This document shows, piece by piece, positions 38,129-48,600 of a stretch of 64,000 nt of DNA. The notes beneath the pieces are model-generated. The model was not told the origin of the DNA, did no database searches, and saw only the letters and a program-made list of their open reading frames with translations. The stretch comes from Marsupella aquatica (taxonomy: Eukaryota; Plantae; Marchantiophyta). Within the stretch, counting starts at the first letter, position 1, and the number at the start of each line of letters is the position of its first letter. The stretch covers positions 6,128,847 to 6,192,846 of the forward strand of contig OZ316892.1 of assembly GCA_973895155.1 (NCBI GenBank), read 5' to 3'. The translations under genes were made by a program, and so were the position numbers.

Positions 38129-38545
38129 GTGCGGCCACGGGAGCAAGCGGACGGCGACACACGATGACGGTTGGGATATGGTTGCTGCCATTGCCCAGGA
38201 CTTTGGGTACCATTGCTATGGAGTAACGACATATCCTCCCCCCTGGAATGGCGTTCCTGACCTACGTCGGGCTGACCTGATTTTTTCTCGGGTAGGAGTT
38301 TGTTCCCTTGGTGATGTGGTGGTTGCTGATCCTATAGGTGAGAGTAATGTTGTTGTGGCAGCCCATGTTCCTGGACATGCATGCTGTTGCCAAGGCGGCC
38401 CGGCTCAAGGAGGAGGCTTATGCAATTTGTTACCTGGGAGATCTTTTTTACCCTTTTGCCCTTGAGGTCTTTGGTACTCTCCACCCTCAATTTGAGCACT
38501 TTCTTTGCGACTTCCTTTGGGCTTGTGCACAGGCCTACAAAGAAG
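38129..38545 (+). mobile_element. Relic of a restriction-like-endonuclease (RLE) non-LTR retrotransposon (CRE-like), C-terminal domain
   Basis: RCGHGSKRTATHD (Zn-knuckle-like), RRADLIF, DVVVADP, then after a frameshift AARLKEEAY and PFALEVFGTL. This is the order of motifs in an RLE domain. Confidence 0.7.
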
Positions 38546-38689
38546 ACACGATGGAATCCTGATAAGAAGATGAAGACCAAGACAGGCTTAGCAGCAACCT
38601 ATGCTGAAAAATGCAAGTTAGGACAAGACATGCAGTTTAGTTGGCAGCAAGGTAAAATGGAAATATGCATAGTTAGACAAACATAAACA

Positions 38690-39990
38690 AGCTAGGATGA
38701 TCAAGTCTCTCCAACTTAGTGACAATGAAGACCTACTAGATGATATGGAGGATGATTGGATGATTATGGTCCAAGTTGCTTCAACAACACTAATAGTAGA
38801 GATTTTCTCAATTCATATGAGTTGCAAGCATCTCATGGAATGTGTATGCAAATCATGTAGCAAGGGTAAGAGATGTGTTAAGGAGCATGAAAATTTTTCC
38901 TGAACGTTTCTTAGAACTCACCAATCTCACTATAGAGGAGTGGGGACACCTCTATCATTGTGTACGCCCAATAATTGCATTGCATGCTAGGTCCACTAGA
39001 GAAGCTCACCATAGTAGAGGTTGTCCTTCAAAGTTGTCTCAAGAAGAACGATTGGTCAATTTTGTACTCTACATGAAATATCATAACACTATCGTTCCTG
39101 ATTCACATTGATGGAACTGGTCATGTTCTTCTTGTGTGATGATGCATACTCTGTTGCATCATGCTTGATGACCTTTAGCTGAGGAGAAAATGGAGCTATC
39201 GGATTGGCCAAGTTGCGTTGGCATTATCGATGGCACTATGGCAAAGATTCAAAGACCTTCAACAATAAGAATCACAGTGATGGGTTCCAAGGGAGGAAGA
39301 AGATCATGTATTGTGGAATGATCATCATGGTCTATGTCGTGCGCATACACATCGCTACACAACATACATCGCTTGTCACATACATCCAACATAGTTACAT
39401 TGCCACATCACCAACATGAAAGAATGGAATACAAGTGGAACTCATCTCCACACATGTCCAAAACCCACAATAATCTTCAATAGAATCCGAACAACGATCG
39501 ACGCCAACAATACGCACTCAATCCCGTCTGATCCGATCACAAACGTATGTCGAGCCAACGCACCTTGCATGCAAGGAATACACGCTACATAGAGAGAGCT
39601 CTCAGCCACCATAGCCACCACACAAGCTCCCCTCTCCAAGGCTCAACATTGAAAGATAACCTTTCAATGCCTCACAAAAGGATAACTATCTCTCACAAAC
39701 ATGAACTGAACCATATTGGCTCATATAGCACACATATGAAACATATAAACCTAGATAACACGATACACTCTAATACTACCTAGAATGGTGTGACATCTAT
39801 TTGATCATTTACTTGGACTCTGGCTACCTAGGTAAATATCATGACATCAACATTTTGAGGCAGATTGATCTTTTCAAGAATTGGAGAGATTAATTTGAGC
39901 ACACTAATGGGTATCATCCTCTTCCCTCCATCTCACCAAGCTTATTTGCCAAAGATGTAGCCTGAGTGTGAATTAAATGACCGAGCCTAG
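38690..39990 (+). mobile_element. PIF/Harbinger-type (DDE_Tnp_4) transposase relic, interrupted by an LTR-like insert
   Basis: Fragments: FLELTNLTIEEW..L..CVRPII, GCPSKLSQEERLVNFVLYMKY, WNWSCSS, CVGIIDGT (~39214-39237) and FQGRKK. After the insert the frame resumes with IIYLDSGYLGKYHDINILRQIDLFKNWR. Several stops and frameshifts. Confidence 0.75.
39312..39795 (-). mobile_element. Probable solo LTR
   Basis: 484-bp segment bounded by TG...CA that splits the transposase relic. The 5-bp flanks TGTAT and TCTAT match at 4/5. The minus strand begins TGTCACACC. Confidence 0.55.
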
Positions 39991-41667
39991 CTTGGTTTCA
40001 ACTGCTCCACACGAAGATACAATCTCATTGACATGAATGAGGGTTATTTGGCTTCTGGGGTTTAAACATCTAGTGTCTCTAGAGCCTATTAGAGTACGTA
40101 GTCGTGGGAGTGAGGGTTGGTGCACTGTTGATTGTAGTGTTCCCTATCATCAGTTACTTTCCTGTTCAATACAAATTTGGTGAAACATGTCTATTAGTTT
40201 GCATGATCTTTTCCATCACACTTGCACTTTGCATTCTAACCCACTCACTAATTCCATTGTTAGAATTGTTGGTCTGGATGTTTTTCAATGTTTCTCTCTA
40301 ATGGTCCTTCAATGATTCCTGAGCAACTTAGATTGAATCTGGAAACTCAATTTTGTAAAATGCATAAAGAGGGGTCCAAAATTTTGTTGGGATCAATTGG
40401 CTTGATTTCTTGCCTTTCTTTGCAAGGTTGCTGCTGTAATTTTCAAAGAATACATTATAGGCTGAAACAAACAATGCAAGGTGAACAAAATTATTTGACT
40501 AAATTCTCTCTTTTTGCATTGGGAGCCTTGGTTGTGCCCTTGTGTTTACCCTTCCCTACCTGCAATTCGACCTTCGAGGTAACCTTACTAGATTTCACTG
40601 ACAACTTTTTTTGTGCCCTTGAATACCGAAAGCAGGCCCATCCAATAGAGTATAGACGTCCTGCTTTGGAGCCACAAGGGGACAATACCCAGGGATCGGA
40701 CACGGACCCAGACCAGGAGGGAGAGAGGATTAAAACCAGAACCCAAAGTGGGCAACCAGGGCTAAGGAGATAATCAATACTCCCACCACTACACCCCACC
40801 CACCATACACACATACCCTCCACACCCCTTTACGTATGGAGGGAGCATTGAACCTGGGGCCTCGGTTCTAGGCTCATCCTCTGGCCAAATGAAAAGAATT
40901 GAGACTACCATTGCATGAAAAGACAAAACATGTTACTATAGTTTTTAATTTTAATACTCACCATCATAAGAAAGGGTAGTCAGGCTATACTCACCTTCAA
41001 AAGAAAGGGTAGTCAGGTGAGTTCAGAATTGTGACCAACTATTCTCTTGATTGAATGATATTCATAGTACATTATTTGGTTGGGACCCCTTGGCTTGTTT
41101 TTTTGGGGGTCCTTTCCCCTCTTTTCCTCCCCTTCATTGGGTTGCTTTGCCTTTGTGATCATGTCTCCAGGTTAGGCCTTTGTTACCCTTGGGCCTTTTT
41201 TGATGTGCTGTTTACCTGGCGATCATAGCATACTGTATTGTATTCACATTTTGATGTGGCGTTCATAGCACGCTGAGTGGTATTGTGACATTTTGATGTG
41301 GAGTTACCATGGGCGTAAAATCTTGCAACATGCTGAGAAGAGCTGCAGTCCTTGCGTGTGCGTGTCGAGGCGTGTCCATGTGGCTCCCTCCTCTTTGATT
41401 GTGTAATCCAGCCATGTTCGCGATGGGGAGATGAAAGGAGATAAGGCCAAGGTAGCAGCGGCTGGCACGGCACACCCACCAACATGCCCAGTTTGAGTAG
41501 CGTTGAAGCGATTGATTATTGTCCTCCGAGCTCGTCGAGCCATCCCATGCTCTTCGTGAATTTGTCGCATCCATCCTCAGCTTTCCATCGAACTATCGAA
41601 GGTTGAATGGTGAACACCGACCCCTTCCTAATTCACGCTTGTAGAGACTGGGACTGAGAGTGAAACA

Positions 41668-41804
41668 GAGCTTTTGGGTCGTTCTGAGTTGGAGCTCGGA
41701 GGAGCTTTTGGGTTGTTCTGAATAGGAGCTCGGAGGAGCTTTTGGGTTGTTGTGAGTTAGAGCTAGGAGGAGCTTCAGGATTATCTTGAATTGGAGCTCG
41801 GAGG
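41668..41804 (+). repeat. 34-bp tandem repeat, 4 copies, immediately 5' of the TIC55 start codon
   Basis: GAGCTTTTGGGT(C/T)GTTCTGA.T.GGAGCTCGGAG units start at 41668, 41702, 41736 and 41770. Confidence 0.9.
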
Positions 41805-41812
41805 AACTGGTC

Positions 41813-44800
41813 ATGGCGAGCTTGCGGATTCCGCTCGTTGGAGATGTTTGGACGCAGTCCCAGAATGTCGCCTTTCGTTGCAAGTGTGGTGGGGAGGGGA
41901 TTACCGAGAATCGCAATGTCAGCTTTGACCCGTTTCGGAGAGGGAGGATTCTCGGAGTGAAGGCGAAACGAGGCAGAGGACAATTAGGGCAAGGACCCGT
42001 CTCCGTGTCGTGGAGGGAGAGCGTTCGGACCCTGGCTGTGCATCGGAGGAATTCCTCTGCTTGCTCTGCTTCCAGGAAGGATTTGGCGTCAGTGGCGAAG
42101 GCGGTGGCCGTTGAGGGTCCGGCAGCAGCTCCTGCCGCGGAAGGAGATCAGAAAGTACAATATGATTGGCGAACGGAGTGGTACCCTCTTTATTTGATAG
42201 CAGAGATTCCTCGAAATGCACCTCTGGCACTCAACGTGTATGATCATAATCTGGTTCTCTTTTACGACGGGGAGGGGAAGCTTCACTGTTTGGAAGACCA
42301 CTGTCCTCACAGGTGCCTCTTGCTTCTAGCTTTTAATTCTCACACTGTCTTTTGCTTTTTTAGCTAGTCTCGTTCGAGTACCTGGGGACTTATGAATCAG
42401 TGCAACGGCATTTTCCTATCTTCTACCCTTCCTGGTCTGAGTGCAAGATCCTCATCGATGATATCATCAAGGGATCTCTTCTCTGAGATCCTTTAGAGTG
42501 TTGTCGAACTAAATTTTACAGATGCAAACGTTCTTCTGGTTGATCCGTAATACTGATCCCCCGTTCAATTCCGCTGTGAAGCTATAATGTAGTGAACTGG
42601 GGCATGCAGATCGCGTTTAGCTTATCATCTTGACCGACAGCTGTGGGATGTCGACTTTTAGAGATCTCGTGCTTGGTGTGAAATCAAGGCAAGCAGTGGG
42701 GGATTTTTGTTTGACCGAATTTGACGAAATAGGTCGATTTGGAGTCTCGGTTGAGCATTAATGTGCAATAATGCGGCTTATGAACATGTTTCCAGTTCTC
42801 TAGGCTTGAGTAAGAAATTGTTAAAAAAGTCATTCACAAGAGTAAAAGTTGCCAGCAGTTGTTCCTCTTCTCATTCCGACAAGATTCGCATGTCCACAGG
42901 GCTGCTAAGCTTTCGGACGGGCAAGTTATCGATGGTAATCTCGAGTGCCTATACCACGGCTGGCAATTTAAGGGCGATGGGTCTTGCACAAAAATTCCGC
43001 AGGTTGGTAGCTTACAACCTTTAGTCTTCTTCAGCGTTGTGCGCAGTAGGACCACCACTAAACTTGGAACATGAAGGATGAGTCGAAGAGTATTCTGGAG
43101 GTACTTATTTGTTTTCTTTACACCGGATTTTATTCCATCTCTTCGTCATGAACCTTAGAAAGGACCGTTGAATATCCTCACGCAGCTGAGGTCAGTTATG
43201 GAATGATTCTCAGTTGCGGAGATTGGACGTGTCAAAATCTTTGGGCTCACTCTTTGTATAGCATGTAACTAGTGGCCTTCATAACCAACTCGCCACGATA
43301 TAATTCGTTTGAGTCTACCAAAGATTTGCTCGTATGTGATCTGCATTTTCATTAGGTCTTTCCCACACGTTGCAATGCGACATTTGTTCAATCCACATTT
43401 CACGATCTTCTTTAGAAAGTATGACGAAAGTTATCTTGTACACCATTTAGTTAGACGGGATTCAAATGTTGATTAAGTGGTTAATAGCGAGCTCTTCATG
43501 CTGCGAGCCAGGAAAGCTGTAATTAAAACTGGAACCTTGTCGTCAGACACTAGATTTACTGTCGATAGAGTATAAAAAAAATAACTCTTCTCCATTGCTT
43601 TGTATTACCGTATATGGTCTGCAATCAGAAATTCTGCAGTCTGACCTTAGTACTTCCGTATGCTGGGACTTTGTTTATTCTAAAGTCATTTCAACGAGAT
43701 GACCATTAAACCAGAACGAGTTGCTTTATTACTAAACCTCACAGAATTCCGTTTTGGCTGCTGAGCAATTTGTGCCCCTCGTCATATGCGCTAATGAACC
43801 CTTGACGTTTCTTGTTTGTACAATGCAACAGCTCTCAGCAGGTGCAGTAATTCCAAAGACGGCATGTGCACGCTCCTATGCAATTAGGGAGTCTCAGGAC
43901 GTGGTGTGGGTATGGATGGCTGACAAAAACACTGCAGATGACAGCAAAGTTCCCTGGTTTGAGAACTACGCAAGAGAAGGATTTTCGTCTTCCTCGGCCA
44001 TACATGAGTTTCCCTACGACCAGTCAGTCCTTGTGGAAAATGTAATGGACCCAGCTCACATCCATATTGCTCATGATAGAACAGATTTTGCAGCCAAACG
44101 GGAAAAAGCAGAAGCTTTGACATTTGACGTCATTGAGCGCAATGAGAGGGGTTTTGCTGCGTACGTAAAACCAGCCAGTGCCGCAGAACCCTTTCTTTAC
44201 CGGTTTCAAGCGCCATCTATAGCTCGCAATGATAAGGTCTTCCAGGACAAAGATGGAAAAATACAGTACTCAAGTGCTTGTTTCCTGATTCGGCCAACTG
44301 GGCAAGGGAAATGTGCAATTATAATTCGTTTTGGGGCCACGACTTTGGGCAACATAATGAATGTCATTCCCCAATGGGTTCAACATATGATTGGAGCCAA
44401 AATCTTTGAACAAGATATAATTTTTCTAGCTGCACAAAATGAGACACTCATTCGGAGGGGGGTTGCAACTGAGAATTTGTATCTGAATATTCGCTCCTCA
44501 GATACCATGGTGGTGGAATACCGAAAGTGGTTAGATAAAGTTGGACATGGCCTACCTTACTACTTTGGGCACAAATCTGTCCATTCTTCACCCGTAGCAG
44601 CCTTGGTGGAACGGGCTCCAGCAGGTCTGGAAGCTCACGCTGTCTCCACTCAGCCCTCGAAAGGGGCATTTGGACATATGTATGCTAGGGATCCAACCAA
44701 CCGGTATTTCAGGCATATCATTCACTGCAAGGCCTGTAGAACTGCTCTGGGTAACTTCCGGCTGTCCCAGAAGGTGTCCATGGTTCTTGCTGCTCTGTCC

Positions 44801-44947
44801 ACTGCAGTTGCTATCACCCTCTCGAGTACTAAGTGGAGGGCAACACTTGTAGCCTTAGCATTGATCTTGGGTGTTGTATCCTGGGCATCCTCCCGTGGAG
44901 TCAATTACATGACACAGAATTTCATTAGACCCCAGCGACAGTTTTAG
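41813..44947 (+). CDS. TIC55: TIC55-like chloroplast Rieske/mononuclear-iron oxygenase (PAO/TIC55 family), 3 exons, ~572 aa
   Basis: Exons 41813-42312, 42900-43002, 43832-44947 (1719 nt, GT-AG). Transit-peptide-like N-terminus, YDWRTEWYPLYL, Rieske ligands CPHR...CLYHGWQF, mononuclear iron motif ENVMDPAHIHIAH, C-terminal HCKAC (CxxC) and two hydrophobic helices. Confidence 0.94.
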
Positions 44948-45114
44948 TGTTTCAAGGACAGCAGAAAACGCCCAGGAGCTGGGCTTGTATTTTGGGTTGT
45001 ATTTTACTTGTAAATGAAGAATTCATCGAATGGCTGGTCTTACTTTGGTGCAGCATTTGCTAATGAATCCAGAGCAGCAAAATCTGCGTTCTGTTGCTCG
45101 CGTTCATCTCTGGT

Positions 45115-45225
45115 GAGTAGATTCCCAGAATTACGTGATTCTCAAACTGTTGAACTATTCAAATTTGAGGAGTAGATTCCCAGAATTACGTGATTCTGAA
45201 GCAGTTGAACTAATGAAATTTGAGG
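45115..45225. repeat. Tandem duplication, ~55-bp period, downstream of TIC55
   Basis: GAGTAGATTCCCAGAATTACGTGATTCT...GTTGAACTA...AAATTTGAGG occurs twice. Confidence 0.85.
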
Positions 45226-45514
45226 TCTGCATTCACTGGCTGTAAAAGTTTGTCCAGCTTCCATTTTGGCTCCTCTCTTCAACGGACACTCCATCTACGG
45301 GTCTCATCGACGAGTGATTGATTATCTGGATTGAATATTGTCCACTGAATGTCGCAAGATAGTCTTGCCCTTGATGAGAGACGTAATCCATGCTCTGCGA
45401 CGCGACCCTACAGACGGGCTTATCTTTCGCATATTTTCACTCTGAGGCCAGTCCTTCAGACTGCTGCACATAGCCAGCCTTGTTGGTAGTTCCGTCACTC
45501 AAAAGAGAGCGTTG

Positions 45515-45975
45515 AGTAGAGATACCAAGATTAGAAACCAAAATTTTGAGTAGGAGCTCAAAACGTTTCCTGGAAATTTGGTGCTCCCCCTTTTTCCAAT
45601 GAACTGTATTTCCGAGATCACGCTCGATTATACACTTCTTTCTTGGACTTTCCTTGCATGCCCCCCGCCCCTCCTCCTCCCTTTCTGGTAGTTCCCTCAC
45701 TCAAAACAGCATCGAGTATAGGAAGAGTAAATGTATATGTCACAAGTTTTAGCTCCAATTTATTCCAATTTGAGTGGTCTCATTTTGTTTCCTTTGCACG
45801 GAAGCCTTATTAGTTTGGTGATCCTGAATTCGAGAGAGCCAGATACCACCATAAAAAACCAAGATTTTGAGTACAAGCTCAAAATGTTTTCCAGAAATGT
45901 GGTGCGCCCTTTTTTGCAATGAACTAATTTCGAGATCAAGATCAATTATACCCCCTCTTGGACTTTCCTTATGGA
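45515..45975. repeat. Spaced direct repeat, two ~135-bp diverged copies
   Basis: AGATACCA..AAACCAA.ATTTTGAGTA..AGCTCAAAA...CAATGAACT...TCTTGGACTTTCCTT occurs at ~45520-45656 and ~45841-45970. Confidence 0.8.
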
Positions 45976-46629
45976 CATCTGGTGTACTAAGTTCACTTTG
46001 TGGTTTCTTTTACAAAATTATGGTTTTAATTAAGTTCATTGTCATTACCTAGAAGCAAGTGAAAATCTGTACCGTATTTGCACCACTCTTTCGTACCTTG
46101 GTACTTTCTTGGTCATAATGTACTTTTGTTTGCATGTGTATTTGTGGTTTTGTGTGTTATGTCACTCATTCTTCTTTTATCATGAAATGAATTACATAAA
46201 AGACAAAAAACGAAAAGGAATGTTCCAGGATGAACATGCTATAACACTTATATGCTTGGACCTCATGGCCTTTCTTTGCATCCAAGGACACCTCAGTCAG
46301 CATTTTTTTTTAAAGCGATGAAAATTTGTCAAATTTGCCAAATTTGTCCTCATTTTGCCTCATTCAAAAAGCTTCGCCACTTTTGGTGAAATTGGCCAAT
46401 TAAAGTTTTCAGGTTTTATGAGCTGGTCTCCCTCACATGGCGTATTAGCCACAGTCTGGTGGCTCTCCTCAAATCCAGGGAAATCCAACAATAAAAATCT
46501 AGAAAATACCAGAAATCTAGGGAATTTAAATACAGAATATTCCTAGCATCTACTCCACACAAGACAACTTTCACACATAGCCAATTTTAAAAACACAATA
46601 AATACGCTGACCTTCATTGTTAGAGAAAG

Positions 46630-46800
46630 CGAAAACCATATGCTCTAAGATAATGACAGCCCACATGAGGGTGTGCTTTTGGCTCCCCTTGAGGAAAACA
46701 GACAGAGTAATGTATAACAAAGAACCACATGCTCTAAGATAATGACAACCCACATGAGGGTGTGATTTTGGCTCTCGTTTAGGACAATAGACAGATAGAA
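46630..46800. repeat. Tandem duplication, ~90-bp period
   Basis: ATGCTCTAAGATAATGACA.CCCACATGAGGGTGTG.TTTTGGCTC occurs twice. Confidence 0.85.
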
Positions 46801-47145
46801 TAATCCATAACTTGGTCCAAGAAGCACTGAATATTTGACACTTTTCTTTCCATCTAAACACTATCATACACAATCTCATTTTTTCTCATGGTCTGTTTAA
46901 AACGAGGTTTAAAAATTATTATCTGAAGCCTCCCTACTGTAGCTGTTAGATGATGGTGACATTTTTCCGCTACAATGAGATAGGCCTTAATATGCCATTG
47001 TACACCTTTTCCTCACCTTTCACTCTCCTTGCAGCTTGCACCTCCTTTAAATCCAGTTGCCAGCCCCCCACTCTGCCTCCTTCCTCCCAAGGCTGACTTG
47101 CCTACCCCCTACAGCATCCTACTACCTGGGCATCTCATTTTATTA

Positions 47146-47459
47146 GGGGGTCTCAAATATGGGGCTGTCATGTGTGTTCCCGGGAGGTTACTTTTGCCCG
47201 TGAGGTGCCCTGCGGGCAAGTATAACGGGGGAAGGAATCTTTGTCACCACAATTTTTTTACGTCCGTAATGTGACACTCCGGGGGGGGGGGGGGGGGGGG
47301 AGAAAGTGACTACGGGAGTCTGTCCCCAGGTGTTTCCGAAATGCCGCGGTCAGAGTGTGCGGGCTAGCCTAAAGGTCTCCCGCACATTTTCAGGCCGTGT
47401 CCACCTGAACCTAACTCGGGCGGCTGCAAAACTCTCCCGGCCCGATATTTGAGTCCCCC
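47146..47459. mobile_element. MITE (non-autonomous DNA transposon) with ~20-bp TIRs
   Basis: AGGGGGTCTCAAATATGGGGC (47145-47165) is the reverse complement of GCCCGATATTTGAGTCCCCCT (47440-47460) at 19/21 positions. TA flanks both ends. The interior is GC-rich with a long G run and has no coding capacity. Confidence 0.75.
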
Positions 47460-47779
47460 TATTAACATCACATACTATTGAGAATGGCGTGCAACGGGCA
47501 TTAGGCTATTCAATGCTGTAAACTGCAAACTGATTTTGCTGTGGTGGGGCATAACTTTTGGGGGCATAACCTGTTGGGGAACTGTCCAAAACTTCACTTC
47601 TTTTTCACATTTTCAGTTGTAGTTTCATCCACAATTTCAGGAAAGTCTCCTATAATTTGTGGAACATGCATGGTGGATCCAGGTTGTAAGATGCACAATA
47701 GTGCTTTAAAGGGAAGTCAAAAAGTGGTGTTTGTACCTCATCCTCAACAGATTGAGGCTGTTGGTTTAAGGGGCTCTAG

Positions 47780-48600
47780 ACAGATTCCAAGTTGTCACCC
47801 TCCTATGCTGCTTACCCCAGAGCTTTACTAGGCTTTTCAGTTTTCTGCACAGTAGGGTTTTAGTCTTCTCTACTCCATTGGGGGTTCTTGTTTTTGTTGT
47901 TCCTTGGTTGTGGTGGGAGACTCTTTGCCTTGTTGGACCTCCTGGGTCTTCTTGGGGCCCTTCCCCTTCCTTCATCCCTCCCTTTTACTGGGTTCTTTTG
48001 CATCTGGGATCCTGTCTTCAGGTTTTTGCTTTTTGGCACTTTGGTATATATTAAGTCAAGCATTCTGGTCAAGATTAAAAACAAATCAAAGAACTGTACT
48101 ATTTTTGGGAGCACGTTTCATTCCCCACATATAGAATAATTTGCTGAACTCAAATTGTAGCACAGTTCTATTGGATGATAGAATGTCTTGTATAGTTATA
48201 ACCAATTGCAAAAAGGGAACACAATGTCCTTTAAAGAAAATAAAATACTGTCAAAAAGTATTTTCTTCTACTAAGAGAGCAAATAACTTTCAAGGGGAAA
48301 ACAAATGTTCTTTTAACCAGCAAAAAATTGAAACACCTTTTAAAGTGAATAAATAAGAACAACTATCTATCATAGCAACAGAACAAAATTTCATTCGTGA
48401 CCCTCCTATGCACTTTACTCCAAAACTCTACCAGTGAGGCTCTGCAATTTGTTGTTCAATAGGGCTCGAGTACGTGTTCGTTGGCCATTGTTTGGGGCTC
48501 TTTGGCTTGTTTTGCTCAGATTCTGTCTTCCCTGTTTTTTGCCTTTGTCCTCCCCCCCCTTCTTTTTTTGGGTTTCTCATCTTTAGGGACCCCGATGGGA
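47780..48600 (+). repeat. Two dispersed LINE-3'-end-like repeat copies
   Basis: 47780-48090 and 48385-48600 share ACCCTCCTATGC..CCA.A.CT.TAC.AG with each other and with 25560-26040. The first copy ends in an A-rich tail. Confidence 0.6.

Noticed and set aside
40288-40823. 161-aa and 110-aa ORFs upstream of TIC55
   Set aside because: No recognisable domain; they run into repeat-like purine-rich sequence and are likely chance or transposon debris.
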